Shown in pieces: positions 9,836 to 18,825 of a stretch of 64,000 nucleotides of DNA. This DNA is from Rickettsiales bacterium (GTDB lineage: Bacteria; Pseudomonadota; Alphaproteobacteria; Rickettsiales; JABIRX01). A program made the translations under genes and the position numbers. The first letter of the stretch is position 1. Every line of letters begins with the position of its first letter. The stretch is taken from contig CBDCUE010000017.1 of NCBI GenBank assembly GCA_965222515.1, positions 71,040-135,039 on the forward strand. Direction: 5' to 3'. The notes under the pieces were generated by a model. It ran no database searches and was not told the DNA's origin. It worked only from the letters and a program-made list of their open reading frames with translations.

Positions 9836-11110
9836 ATGAAAAATTATTATTATAATGATTTGAGCAAAAAAGAGGTTTTAGCTCTTTGCGAAAGAAAAAA
9901 TATTAGCAACCAAGAAGTAATTGATGTGGTAGCTAAAATAGAAAGAGAAGTTGTGTCAGGAGGTGATAAGAGTCTTTTTGATATGATAGAAAAATTTGAT
10001 GGAGCGGGAATAGTTGATCTAAAAATCTCTGAAAAAGAATTAAAAAATGCTAAAATAGATGATGAATTGGCAAAGGCTATTAAAATAGCTTATAAAAATA
10101 TTTATAAATTTCATCAAAAAAACTTTTTAAATGATGCAAAAAAACTAGAAACTAGTGAAGGAATATTTTGTTGGAAAGCAAAAAAAGCTATAGAAAAAGT
10201 TGGTTTATATATTCCAAGTGGAACTGCTCCTTTATTTTCTACTCTTTTAATGCTTGCAGTGCCTGCTATTATTGCTAAATGTTCAGAAATTTATATTTGC
10301 TCTCCTGTTAATAAAAATGGAGAAATTGCTCCTGAAATTTTATGGGTAGCAAATTTTTTGAATTTAAAAAATATTTTTAAAATAGGTGGAGCGGGGGCAA
10401 TTTTTGCTCTTTCTTATGGCACAGAAACTGTTCCTAAAGTAGATAAAATTTTTGGACCTGGCAATAGTTATGTGACAGTTGCTAAACAAAAAATTGTTGC
10501 TAAAACAGCAATTGATATGCCAGCAGGACCGAGTGAGGTTTTAGTTATTGCTGATAAAGAATCTAATGCTAGTTTTGTTGCTTCTGATTTATTGTCTCAA
10601 GCAGAACATGGCAATGATTCAAGGGCGATTTTAGTTTCAGATAGTGAGTTTAAAATTGAGGAGGTGATGAAAGAGTTAGCTAAGCAAAAAAAATTATTTC
10701 CTGTTAGAAAAAATATTATAGAATTATCTTTAAAAAATAGCTTTTCATTATTGGTTGATAATCTTAATGATGCTATAAAATTCTCTAATATTTATGCTCC
10801 AGAGCATTTGATATTATCTTTAGAGAATTATCAAGAATATTTAGCAAAAATAATTAATGCTGGTTCGGTATTTTGTGGTAAATATACTAGTGAATCTTTG
10901 GGAGATTATGCAAGTGGCACAAATCATACTTTACCTACTAGTGGTTTTGCTAAAAGTTTTTCTGGAATTTCTGTTGATAGTTTTTGTAAAAACATTACTT
11001 TTCAAACTGCAACTAAAGAAGGTTTAGAAAATATTGCTAAAACAATAGAAATTATGGCAGAAAAAGAAGGCTTATTAGCTCATAAAAATTCTATTACCAT
11101 TAGGAAATAG
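9836..11110 (+). CDS. hisD: histidinol dehydrogenase
   Basis: The track ORF begins at 9728 inside hisG. The ATG at 9836 (MKNYYYNDLSKKEVL...) lies 12 nt after the hisG stop and gives a normal ~424-aa HisD with SQAEHG, YAPEHL and GDYASGTNHTLPT motifs. Confidence 0.9.
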   Translation: MKNYYYNDLSKKEVLALCERKNISNQEVIDVVAKIEREVVSGGDKSLFDMIEKFDGAGIVDLKISEKELKNAKIDDELAKAIKIAYKNIYKFHQKNFLNDAKKLETSEGIFCWKAKKAIEKVGLYIPSGTAPLFSTLLMLAVPAIIAKCSEIYICSPVNKNGEIAPEILWVANFLNLKNIFKIGGAGAIFALSYGTETVPKVDKIFGPGNSYVTVAKQKIVAKTAIDMPAGPSEVLVIADKESNASFVASDLLSQAEHGNDSRAILVSDSEFKIEEVMKELAKQKKLFPVRKNIIELSLKNSFSLLVDNLNDAIKFSNIYAPEHLILSLENYQEYLAKIINAGSVFCGKYTSESLGDYASGTNHTLPTSGFAKSFSGISVDSFCKNITFQTATKEGLENIAKTIEIMAEKEGLLAHKNSITIRK

Positions 11111-11162
11111 TTGCTTTATCTTTTCTGTTTGTATAATATTACCAAAGCATTTTTTTAATTGA

Positions 11163-11275
11163 AACACAGTCTGCAGGGGGTCACAATTGCTCCAAGTTTC
11201 TCTTCTATCTGTGTAAATGTTAAAAAGATTGCACATATGCAATAAACAACCTTAACTAAGAAAACTAAAAAAAGA
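11163..11275. repeat. intergenic repeat module in the hisD-hisB spacer
   Basis: cacagtctgcagggggtcacaattgctccaag matches the repeat family at 21976..22106. The following tatctgtgtaaatgtta...aacaaccttaact...ATG block recurs upstream of hisH at 12402..12463. Confidence 0.75.
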
Positions 11276-12343
11276 ATGAAAATATTGTTTATAGATAGAG
11301 ATGGGACTTTGATTTTGGAGCCTTTAAAAACACATCAAGTAAATTCGTTGGAGGAGATGGTGTTTTTGCCAAATGTTATTTCTTCTCTAAAAAAACTTAA
11401 TGATAATGATTATAAATTAGTGATTATTAGTAATCAAGATGGTCTTGGAACGGAGGCTAATAGCATCGAAAATTTTGATAATATTAATAAAAAAATGTTA
11501 GAAGTTTTTTTGGGTGAGGGAGTAGAATTTATAGAGTTTTTTATTTGCCCTCATTATCAAAAAGATAATTGTGATTGTAGAAAACCAAAAACTAAAATGG
11601 TGCAGGAATTTTTAGAAAAAAATAACATTGATAAGAAAAATAGTTTTGTAATTGGTGATAGAAAAACTGATTTAGAATTTGCTAAAAATATAGATATAGA
11701 AGGTTTTTTAATTAATAAAAAACAGAATTGGCAAGAAATTACAAAAAAGATTCTAAAAAGATCTAATAGACAGGCAGAAATAATTAGAAAAACTAAAGAG
11801 ACAGAGATAAGGGTGTTTTTAAATTTAGATGGAGAAGGGCAGTATAAAATAGATACAGGATTAAAGTTTTTTGATCATATGTTGGAGCAATTAGCAAAGC
11901 ATAGTAATTTTGATTTAGAGATTAAATGTCAAGGTGATTTGTATATAGATGAGCATCATACAATTGAGGATGTGGCTATTGCTTTAGGTGATGCCTTTAA
12001 AAAAGCTATGGGAGATAAAATAGGAATTGAAAGGTATGCTTGGCAGAGAATTTTGGTTATGGATGAAGCAAAAACAGAAGTTTCATTAGATTTATCAGGA
12101 AGAGCTTTTTTGTTATTTGAGGGAAAGTTTAATCGAGAATTTATAGGTGATTTTCCAACGGAAATGTTACAGCATTTTTATCATAGTTTTTGTTTGGCAG
12201 GGTTGATTAATGCTCATATTATTATAACAGGAAAAAACACACATCATATGATAGAATCATCTTTTAAAGCATTTGCAAGAACTTTAAAAGATGCTAGCAG
12301 AATAACAGGAGATAAGGTTAGTTCTACAAAAGGAATGTTATAA
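11276..12343 (+). CDS. hisB: bifunctional histidinol-phosphatase / imidazoleglycerol-phosphate dehydratase
   Basis: 355 aa. N-terminal HAD phosphatase (FIDRDGTL, CxC zinc motif CDCRKP), C-terminal IGPD (DEHHTIEDVAIALG, TGKNTHHMIESSFKAFAR). Confidence 0.9.
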   Translation: MKILFIDRDGTLILEPLKTHQVNSLEEMVFLPNVISSLKKLNDNDYKLVIISNQDGLGTEANSIENFDNINKKMLEVFLGEGVEFIEFFICPHYQKDNCDCRKPKTKMVQEFLEKNNIDKKNSFVIGDRKTDLEFAKNIDIEGFLINKKQNWQEITKKILKRSNRQAEIIRKTKETEIRVFLNLDGEGQYKIDTGLKFFDHMLEQLAKHSNFDLEIKCQGDLYIDEHHTIEDVAIALGDAFKKAMGDKIGIERYAWQRILVMDEAKTEVSLDLSGRAFLLFEGKFNREFIGDFPTEMLQHFYHSFCLAGLINAHIIITGKNTHHMIESSFKAFARTLKDASRITGDKVSSTKGML

Positions 12344-12401
12344 AATATTTTTGCAACACAAGCTAAAAAGCAATTACTACTAATAACTATTTACCTATTT
12401 T

Positions 12402-12463
12402 TATCTGTGTAAATGTTATATAGATTGCCAATATATTATTAACAACCTTAACTTAAAAAAAGA
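12402..12463. repeat. intergenic repeat module in the hisB-hisH spacer
   Basis: About 60 bp highly similar to 11206..11275, and it also ends at the start codon of the downstream gene. Confidence 0.75.
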
Positions 12464-13051
12464 ATGAAGAAAATAGTTATTATAGATAGTGGGGGGACTA
12501 ATATTTCTTCAATAATTTTTGCTTTAAAAAGATTGGGTTTTGAGGGGGTGTTGACTAAGGATAAGCAAGAAATAAAAAATGCAGAAAAACTACTTTTACC
12601 AGGTGTGGGGTCTGCTAAATGGACTATGGAATATTTGCAAAAGAATGATTTAATCAGCACAATAAAATCTTTAACACAGCCAGTATTGGGGATTTGTTTG
12701 GGAATGCAGATTTTATATGAATTCTCGGAAGAGGGGGATGTAGAATGTTTGGGAATTATAGATGGTAAAATAAAAAAAATACCAAATGGGGAGCAAAATT
12801 TATCAGTACCTCATATGGGTTGGAATAAAATTATTTGGAGTGATGAAAGAACAAGAACAACCAAAGAATATGCTTATTTTATTCATAGTTATTATGCAGC
12901 AGTAACAAGCGATACTGTTGCTATGACGAGATATTCAACAGAAATAACTGCAATGGTCAAAAAAGATAATTTTTGGGGATATCAGTTTCATCCTGAAAAA
13001 TCTGCAGATTTTGGAGAAAATATATTAAAAGAATTTTTAGAAAAAATATAA
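12464..13051 (+). CDS. hisH: imidazole glycerol phosphate synthase, glutaminase subunit
   Basis: 195 aa. Class I amidotransferase motifs GICLGMQ and FHPEKS. Confidence 0.9.
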   Translation: MKKIVIIDSGGTNISSIIFALKRLGFEGVLTKDKQEIKNAEKLLLPGVGSAKWTMEYLQKNDLISTIKSLTQPVLGICLGMQILYEFSEEGDVECLGIIDGKIKKIPNGEQNLSVPHMGWNKIIWSDERTRTTKEYAYFIHSYYAAVTSDTVAMTRYSTEITAMVKKDNFWGYQFHPEKSADFGENILKEFLEKI

Positions 13052-13052
13052 A

Positions 13053-13823
13053 ATGTTAACAAAAAGAATAATTCCTTGTTTAGATGTAAAAGATGGCAAG
13101 GTGGTAAAGGGGATGCAATTTAAAAATCACGAAATAGTAGGAGATATTTTAAAACTTGCTGAGTTTTATAGCAAAAAAGGAGCTGATGAATTGGTTTTTT
13201 ATGATATTACTGCAAGTAGTGATAATCAAGTTGTAGATAAATTATGGGTAAAGAAAATAGCAGAGAAAATAAATATTCCTTTTTGTGTTGCAGGTGGCAT
13301 TAGAACTTTGCAACAGGCGGAAGAAATTTTAAATTATGGAGCAGATAAAATTTCAATAAATTCTCCTGCTTTAGAAAATCCAAAATTAATAGAAGAGTTT
13401 GCTAAAAGATTTGGCACTCAATGTGTGGTGGTTGGAATAGACAGTAAATTTGAGGGTGGTGATTATGTGGTTTATAAATATACAGGAAGAGAAGAGAAAT
13501 CTCAATCCAGCAGAAAATTAACTAAAGATTGGGCAAGGCAAGCTCAAGAAATGGGAGCAGGAGAGATAGTTCTTAATTGTATGAATAAAGATGGTATGAG
13601 AGAAGGTTATGATTTAGAACAGTTATATTTGATAAAAAAACAAATTTCCATTCCTCTTATTGCATCAGGTGGTGCTGGAAAAAAAGAAGATTTTTTGAAT
13701 CTTTTTCAAAAAATAAATATTGAAGGAGCATTAGCTGCTAGTATTTTTCATAAAAAGATCTTATCCATTAAAGAATTAAAAGATTTTCTAAAAAACAATA
13801 ATATTAATATAAGAAAGATATGA
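13053..13823 (+). CDS. hisF: imidazole glycerol phosphate synthase, cyclase subunit
   Basis: 256 aa. [17 protein letters not shown] start, GGGIRT and SGGAG motifs. Confidence 0.95.
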   Translation: MLTKRIIPCLDVKDGKVVKGMQFKNHEIVGDILKLAEFYSKKGADELVFYDITASSDNQVVDKLWVKKIAEKINIPFCVAGGIRTLQQAEEILNYGADKISINSPALENPKLIEEFAKRFGTQCVVVGIDSKFEGGDYVVYKYTGREEKSQSSRKLTKDWARQAQEMGAGEIVLNCMNKDGMREGYDLEQLYLIKKQISIPLIASGGAGKKEDFLNLFQKINIEGALAASIFHKKILSIKELKDFLKNNNINIRKI

Positions 13824-14143
13824 AAAAAATATTTGATATAGATAAATTAGATTGGCAAAAAACTGATGGTTTAATTCCTGCTATTATTCAAAATTATAAA
13901 AGTAAGAAAATTCTGATGTTGGGTTATATGAATAAGCAAGCCTTGAAGCAGACATTAGAGACAAAAAAGGTAACTTTTTTTAGTAGAACAAAAAATAGAT
14001 TATGGCAAAAAGGGGAAGAGTCAGGGAATATTCTGGAGCTAATAAGCATAGCAGAAGATTGCGATCAAGACACAATTCTAATCCAAGTAAAGCCAGAAGG
14101 AAACACTTGTCATTTGGGTAAGGAAAGTTGCTTTGATTTGTAA
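13820..14143 (+). CDS. hisI: phosphoribosyl-AMP cyclohydrolase (HisI domain only)
   Basis: 107 aa. ATGA overlap with his[19 protein letters not shown] and CHLGKESCF motifs. No HisE domain follows. Confidence 0.85.
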   Translation: MKKIFDIDKLDWQKTDGLIPAIIQNYKSKKILMLGYMNKQALKQTLETKKVTFFSRTKNRLWQKGEESGNILELISIAEDCDQDTILIQVKPEGNTCHLGKESCFDL

Positions 14144-14155
14144 TACTATAGTATT

Positions 14156-14480
14156 TTAACTAGTAAAGTAATTTTTGTTATGTATCAAGACATGGTCAAT
14201 AGCCTCAATAAAATGATTAAATTTATTTTTAATTTTTTTTATTTGATTTTTCATAACAACCCAATAGTTTTCTATAGGATTGAGGTCAGGAGAGTATGGA
14301 GGCAAGAAAATTAATCTATATTCCGCTTCTTCAATTAACTCTTTAATTTTATTTGATTTATGTATGGAGCAATTATCCATTACCACTATTTGTCCTTTTT
14401 TTAATTATTTGTTAGCCATAGTTAACAGATTATTAAAAAAAGCAATTTATGTTGAGCAGATTGAAGGTATAGGTCAATTA
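14156..14480 (-). pseudogene. IS630/Tc1-mariner-family transposase remnant
   Basis: The 76-aa ORF VMDNCSIHKS...LIFLPPYSPDLNPIENYW is the C-terminal DDE region of IS630-type transposases. Manual upstream translation meets in-frame stops (LTMANK*LKKGQIVVMDN). Confidence 0.7.
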
Positions 14481-14591
14481 TAAAACTAAAATAGTATTAG
14501 TTATCGGACTGCACCAAATGGATAATATACAACTTTATACTAAACTTGCAATTCTATCCTTTTTTGAACATAGAACCCCTTTGGAATTTAA

Positions 14592-15068
14592 CTATCTTTG
14601 TCTTGATTTTCTTTTTCCTTTGGCTTTGTCTTGTGCTATTATCATATTTTGCCAAAATTTATCACTTTCAGTTTTGGTTCCTACCATTGCCATTAGCCAA
14701 GACATTTTTTGATTAGTAACAAATTGTGTCCATTTGCCGATTGGCTCAGTAATGGATACAATCCTGCTTTCTTGTGTAAATAATGATTTATTTTGTTCTT
14801 GTCCAATTTCTGCGATTTTTTTTTCTTCTTTTTCCTTGTTCTTTTCCTTAAATTCATCTGAAAAGAAATTAGGTTTTTTCTTTTTTACTTTTTTACTTTT
14901 TTGGCTATATCTAACTCTATATTTATAACTTAAAAAAAAATACCTAATTAAATTATAAATAAATCTAAAAATTCTTAATAAAAAGAACAATAAAAAAATA
15001 GCAATAATAATGCTAAGCATAACATATGCTATATCTGAAGTAAAAAGATTTTGTAGTGCTTCTAGCAT
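14592..15068 (-). CDS. hypothetical membrane-anchored, lysine-rich protein
   Basis: 158 aa. One N-terminal TM helix (VMLSIIIAIFLLFFLL), then a K/E-rich linker and a short conserved-looking C-terminal segment. Confidence 0.4.
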   Translation of the reverse strand: MLEALQNLFTSDIAYVMLSIIIAIFLLFFLLRIFRFIYNLIRYFFLSYKYRVRYSQKSKKVKKKKPNFFSDEFKEKNKEKEEKKIAEIGQEQNKSLFTQESRIVSITEPIGKWTQFVTNQKMSWLMAMVGTKTESDKFWQNMIIAQDKAKGKRKSRQR

Positions 15069-15274
15069 ATTATAAAGATCAAATTATTTAAAATCAGTCA
15101 TCTATGATTGATAACCAATTTTGAGATTTTTGCATTAGATTATATTAATTAAAAATAAATATTGCAAGGGTTATTATTTTGTGCTATGATTGAGATTAGT
15201 TCTAAATGTTTTGATTCATTTTTGATTTTAGAATTTAATATTAAAATAATAACTTTAATTTGATAATATAATAT

Positions 15275-18200
15275 ATGCCTAATAATAATAATGACGGTCT
15301 TGCTTCTTTAACTAAGGAAGAGAAGGAAGGTTTTTCACGAGATTTAAATCAACAGAAAGAAAATGAAAAGTCCAACTATCAAGGTAAAGTTAATCTTATT
15401 AGTCAATTAATGAAGAAGAAAGAGAATGATACAAGACTTTATGAAGATACTATTAATAGTAATATTGATGGTAAAATAGAAGGTGCATTAAAAAATATAA
15501 TAGATAGTTGGATTGATTTTTTTCTAGAATTATTTACCTCTAATAATAATGCAAAAAAAGAAGATATAAATTGGGAAAGTAAAACAAATGAATTTAATGC
15601 AATTTTTACTCAAGCTGTATCTGCTAGTAATAGATCACCAGATTTAGAAATTGGTGCATCTAATATAAATACAAAAGGTAACACAGAATTATTACAAAAT
15701 TTAAAGAATAAAGAGTGTGATTTTGAATCATTAGCAGGAGTAGATAAAAAAGATGAATCTCCAGTAAAAAATAATACAAATGCTTTACACTTATTTCTTA
15801 GAGGTGCTACGGCAACAATAAGAAAAGAAGTAAATTCTTCTGAAAAGATAGTTATTACTTTAACTGCAGAAGCTAAAAACCTTTATGACACTCAAAATGA
15901 AAAGCAAAAAGAATCTTTCATAGAGTGTATAAATAATGATTCAATGTTTAAAACACAGAGATCTAATATAAAAAGTAATACAAATCTTGCACTTAACTTT
16001 AATAATAATAACTTATCAAGTTTTGTTAATGATCAGAATGAAACTCAGAATGAAGCTCAGAATGAAACTCAGAATGAAGCTCAGAATGAAACTCAGAATG
16101 AAACTCAGAATGAAACTCAGAATAAAAAAAGTCAAACATTGAATGATATAAAAGTATTTCAAAAAAAGTGGAATCAAGATTATAATAATAATGCTCAGAA
16201 TAATAAATATAAGAGGGCATTGGTTGATAATTTTAAAAATGATGATGAATCTGATTATTCTATTTTAAACAAATCAGTAACATCTTTAAATAAGTTTGTT
16301 GAAAAGCAGTTTGAGTTAATAACAGAAAAAAATAGAACTATTAAATTACAATGTGATTATAAAACAAGATATTATCAAGAAATTCAAAAAGAAGAAGGAT
16401 TAATAGCAATAAAAAATACAGAAGTAGAAAGATTAAAAGTAAATATTAAGAACTTAGAAAAAGGAAAAGAAGATAAAGAAGATAAAGAAGATAAAGAAGA
16501 TAAAGAAGATGGTAATAATGAAAAATATAAGCAAAACATTAAAAGTTTTAGTGACAATTTGCAAGAGGAAGGTCTAGATGAAGAGATACAAAGCTATGTT
16601 CAAAATATTAAAAATATACTTAACCTATATAATATGAGTGAGGTAAATAAAAATGAGTTATATAAATATTTTTCAGAAGAAGAAAAGAAATCTGTTACAC
16701 GAGGGGATTATCTGAAAATGACTCTAGAAGAATGTTTGACAAAATTTATAGAGATTAAGCAAGATAGCTTGAGTTTTGATTTACAAGATAGTGATATTAA
16801 AACAGCAACTGATAGTATAATAAATAATTTTAATGATATAAATAAAAACAATAACAATATAAAAAACTTTAATAAAGATAAAATCACTTTGGATAAAGAA
16901 AAAGCATCAAAATTGAATTTATTACATAAAGAATTGAGTACATTAAAAAATAATATATTAAAGAAACAAGAAAATATATTAGAACTAAACAATAATATAT
17001 TAACAGCAGATACAATAATTAAAAATACAACAGGAGATAAAGAAAATATAAAGAATGCCATAAAAGTAGAAATAGATAAAATAAAGGAGATTAATGCTAA
17101 AAGTTCATCTGATAGGGATTTTAATAAAATGAGAAACAAAGTAGTTGAAGAAGATACAAATATAAATAAACTTAAACAGTTTTCAGCACATATAAATATA
17201 GAAGATGCACTAAAAAAAATCATAGTTTCAGGATATAAAGACTCAGAAAAAGAAAGTAATATATTAAAAGAAGTAAAAAAAAATCTTGTATCATTAATAA
17301 ATGCAGAAAAAGAATATACAAAGAATTATAGACAAGAAATTAGAAAAATAAATATTTCTCAAGATCAACAGGATAAGGCAAACAATGAAATAGGTGATAA
17401 TAGATCTCTAAACTCAGTTGTCAATGATAGGTTTTTATGTATGAAAAAGTTTTATGAAAATATGAGTAATAAATTAGAAGGGATAATTAAAGACAAAAAT
17501 ACAAAAGAACATCAACTTAAAAAACTGAGAATATTGACTGGTGACATAAAAAGAAATATAGAAATAGAAAAAAAAGAATTAAATAATCTCGAAAATGAGA
17601 GTAATATTAAACAGAATAATGTAGAGAAGCTTACAAAAGAGAAAGAAAAGAACAAAACTGAGAAAGCTGTTGTATCTAAAGATATCAATAAGAGAAAAGA
17701 AGAAACTAAACTACTTATTAATAAGTTATATGAATTTAAACGAGGAAGTAGGGGCGGTATAGGAAAATTTTTGTGGAGAAATCGAACAGATAATCAGAAT
17801 CTAGAAAATGCTCAACAAAAGTTTCAATCTTATAACGAGGGGAATATTAAATTTTATGAGCTAGAAAAAGATATATGTAAAGATTATGAGGACATCCCAG
17901 ACGAAGATATCAAAAAACATGTTAAGAATATAAAGGATAGCATTAGCAAACTAGATGAATATAAGAAAAAAGAAATCTTATTTGAAGCAGACATACAAGA
18001 GTGTGACTTAAAATTAGCTAATGCTAAAGAGCTAGTAGTAGCAAAAACTGATTATCAAAAGATGATTAATGAACAAAAAAAAAAGGTTAGTGATTTAATA
18101 ACTTTAGAGGAAGAGTTAATTAAAGAAACAAGTATAAATAAGAAAGAAATTAGCGAATTATCAGCAGAAGATAATAATAATATAAAAAAGGTTAATGATT

Positions 18201-18454
18201 ATAATACAGAGTTAAATAACAGAAGCACAGATATAAGGTTTACAGTAGCCAGTCAGGCAGGTTTAGATACAGCTAGATCGTTAGCAGGTAAAATTATAGG
18301 TGAAAAACATGTTGATGCACTAGGTAAAAAAGAAATACTTAATAATTGGAAGAAAAATGAGTCTGAATTAATACAAACTTTAGGACAACCTTCTTCACAA
18401 GAAATAACAGAAGCTACTAAGACGCCGATAATAAAGCAAGAAGTGAACATATAA
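15275..18454 (+). CDS. large low-complexity coiled-coil protein with internal tandem repeats; candidate secreted or surface protein
   Basis: 1059-aa uninterrupted ORF, N/K/E-rich with long heptad-like stretches. Carries NETQ/NEAQ and KED repeats. No enzymatic motif seen. Confidence 0.7.
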   Translation: MPNNNNDGLASLTKEEKEGFSRDLNQQKENEKSNYQGKVNLISQLMKKKENDTRLYEDTINSNIDGKIEGALKNIIDSWIDFFLELFTSNNNAKKEDINWESKTNEFNAIFTQAVSASNRSPDLEIGASNINTKGNTELLQNLKNKECDFESLAGVDKKDESPVKNNTNALHLFLRGATATIRKEVNSSEKIVITLTAEAKNLYDTQNEKQKESFIECINNDSMFKTQRSNIKSNTNLALNFNNNNLSSFVNDQNETQNEAQNETQNEAQNETQNETQNETQNKKSQTLNDIKVFQKKWNQDYNNNAQNNKYKRALVDNFKNDDESDYSILNKSVTSLNKFVEKQFELITEKNRTIKLQCDYKTRYYQEIQKEEGLIAIKNTEVERLKVNIKNLEKGKEDKEDKEDKEDKEDGNNEKYKQNIKSFSDNLQEEGLDEEIQSYVQNIKNILNLYNMSEVNKNELYKYFSEEEKKSVTRGDYLKMTLEECLTKFIEIKQDSLSFDLQDSDIKTATDSIINNFNDINKNNNNIKNFNKDKITLDKEKASKLNLLHKELSTLKNNILKKQENILELNNNILTADTIIKNTTGDKENIKNAIKVEIDKIKEINAKSSSDRDFNKMRNKVVEEDTNINKLKQFSAHINIEDALKKIIVSGYKDSEKESNILKEVKKNLVSLINAEKEYTKNYRQEIRKINISQDQQDKANNEIGDNRSLNSVVNDRFLCMKKFYENMSNKLEGIIKDKNTKEHQLKKLRILTGDIKRNIEIEKKELNNLENESNIKQNNVEKLTKEKEKNKTEKAVVSKDINKRKEETKLLINKLYEFKRGSRGGIGKFLWRNRTDNQNLENAQQKFQSYNEGNIKFYELEKDICKDYEDIPDEDIKKHVKNIKDSISKLDEYKKKEILFEADIQECDLKLANAKELVVAKTDYQKMINEQKKKVSDLITLEEELIKETSINKKEISELSAEDNNNIKKVNDYNTELNNRSTDIRFTVASQAGLDTARSLAGKIIGEKHVDALGKKEILNNWKKNESELIQTLGQPSSQEITEATKTPIIKQEVNI
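16034..16125 (+). repeat. 12-bp in-frame tandem repeat (cagaatgaaRct, about 7.5 units)
   Basis: Read directly. Encodes QNETQNEAQNETQNEAQNETQNETQNETQN. Confidence 0.9.
16469..16510 (+). repeat. 9-bp in-frame tandem repeat (gaagataaa, about 4.7 units)
   Basis: Read directly. Encodes KEDKEDKEDKEDKED. Confidence 0.9.
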
Positions 18455-18506
18455 TTGTATAGAAAGATTACTAATTCCAATTCATAAAATTATAACATAA
18501 AAAAAA

Positions 18507-18731
18507 ATGTCAGCATCACAATTAGAAATATTAGAAATTTTGCGAGAAAGATTTGTTAATGGAGAGTTTAAGGTTATTGATAATATGGGGACTGGTGATA
18601 ATTGGACTATTTTGGTTAAGTCGCAAGAATTCAAAAATTTACCTAAGGTAAAGCAACATCAGATGGTTATGCGGGCTTTAAAACCTCTTTTACAAACAAA
18701 AATTCATGCCGTTACCATAAAAACTAGCTGA
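18507..18731 (+). CDS. BolA-family protein
   Basis: 74 aa. C-terminal HQMVMRALKPLLQTKIHAVTIKT matches the BolA signature (H..V...L....IHA..I.T). Confidence 0.7.
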   Translation: MSASQLEILEILRERFVNGEFKVIDNMGTGDNWTILVKSQEFKNLPKVKQHQMVMRALKPLLQTKIHAVTIKTS

Positions 18732-18825
18732 TGAACGGGGTATTGCTTTAGAAAGCCTGTAAAAATTGCCAAATCCTCAAAAATTATCATCTGTGAAAGC
18801 AGAAATCCAAGGCAGAAAACAGTTT

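Noticed and set aside
14518-14928. Two 64-aa plus-strand ORFs (14518..14712 and 14734..14928)
   Set aside because: They overlap the longer minus-strand 158-aa ORF and have shadow-ORF composition. No independent support exists.
16708-17223. Antisense or shadow ORFs in the track. This 171-aa one is an example. Others are 5573..5942, 8942..9262, 25091..25387, 26275..26541, 49255..49557, 50017..50343, 53065..53388, 57412..57750 and 61895..62086.
   Set aside because: Each lies wholly inside a longer, motif-supported gene on the opposite strand. Their products are low-complexity, F/L/I/S-rich, typical of the reverse strand of K/E/N-rich AT-biased genes.
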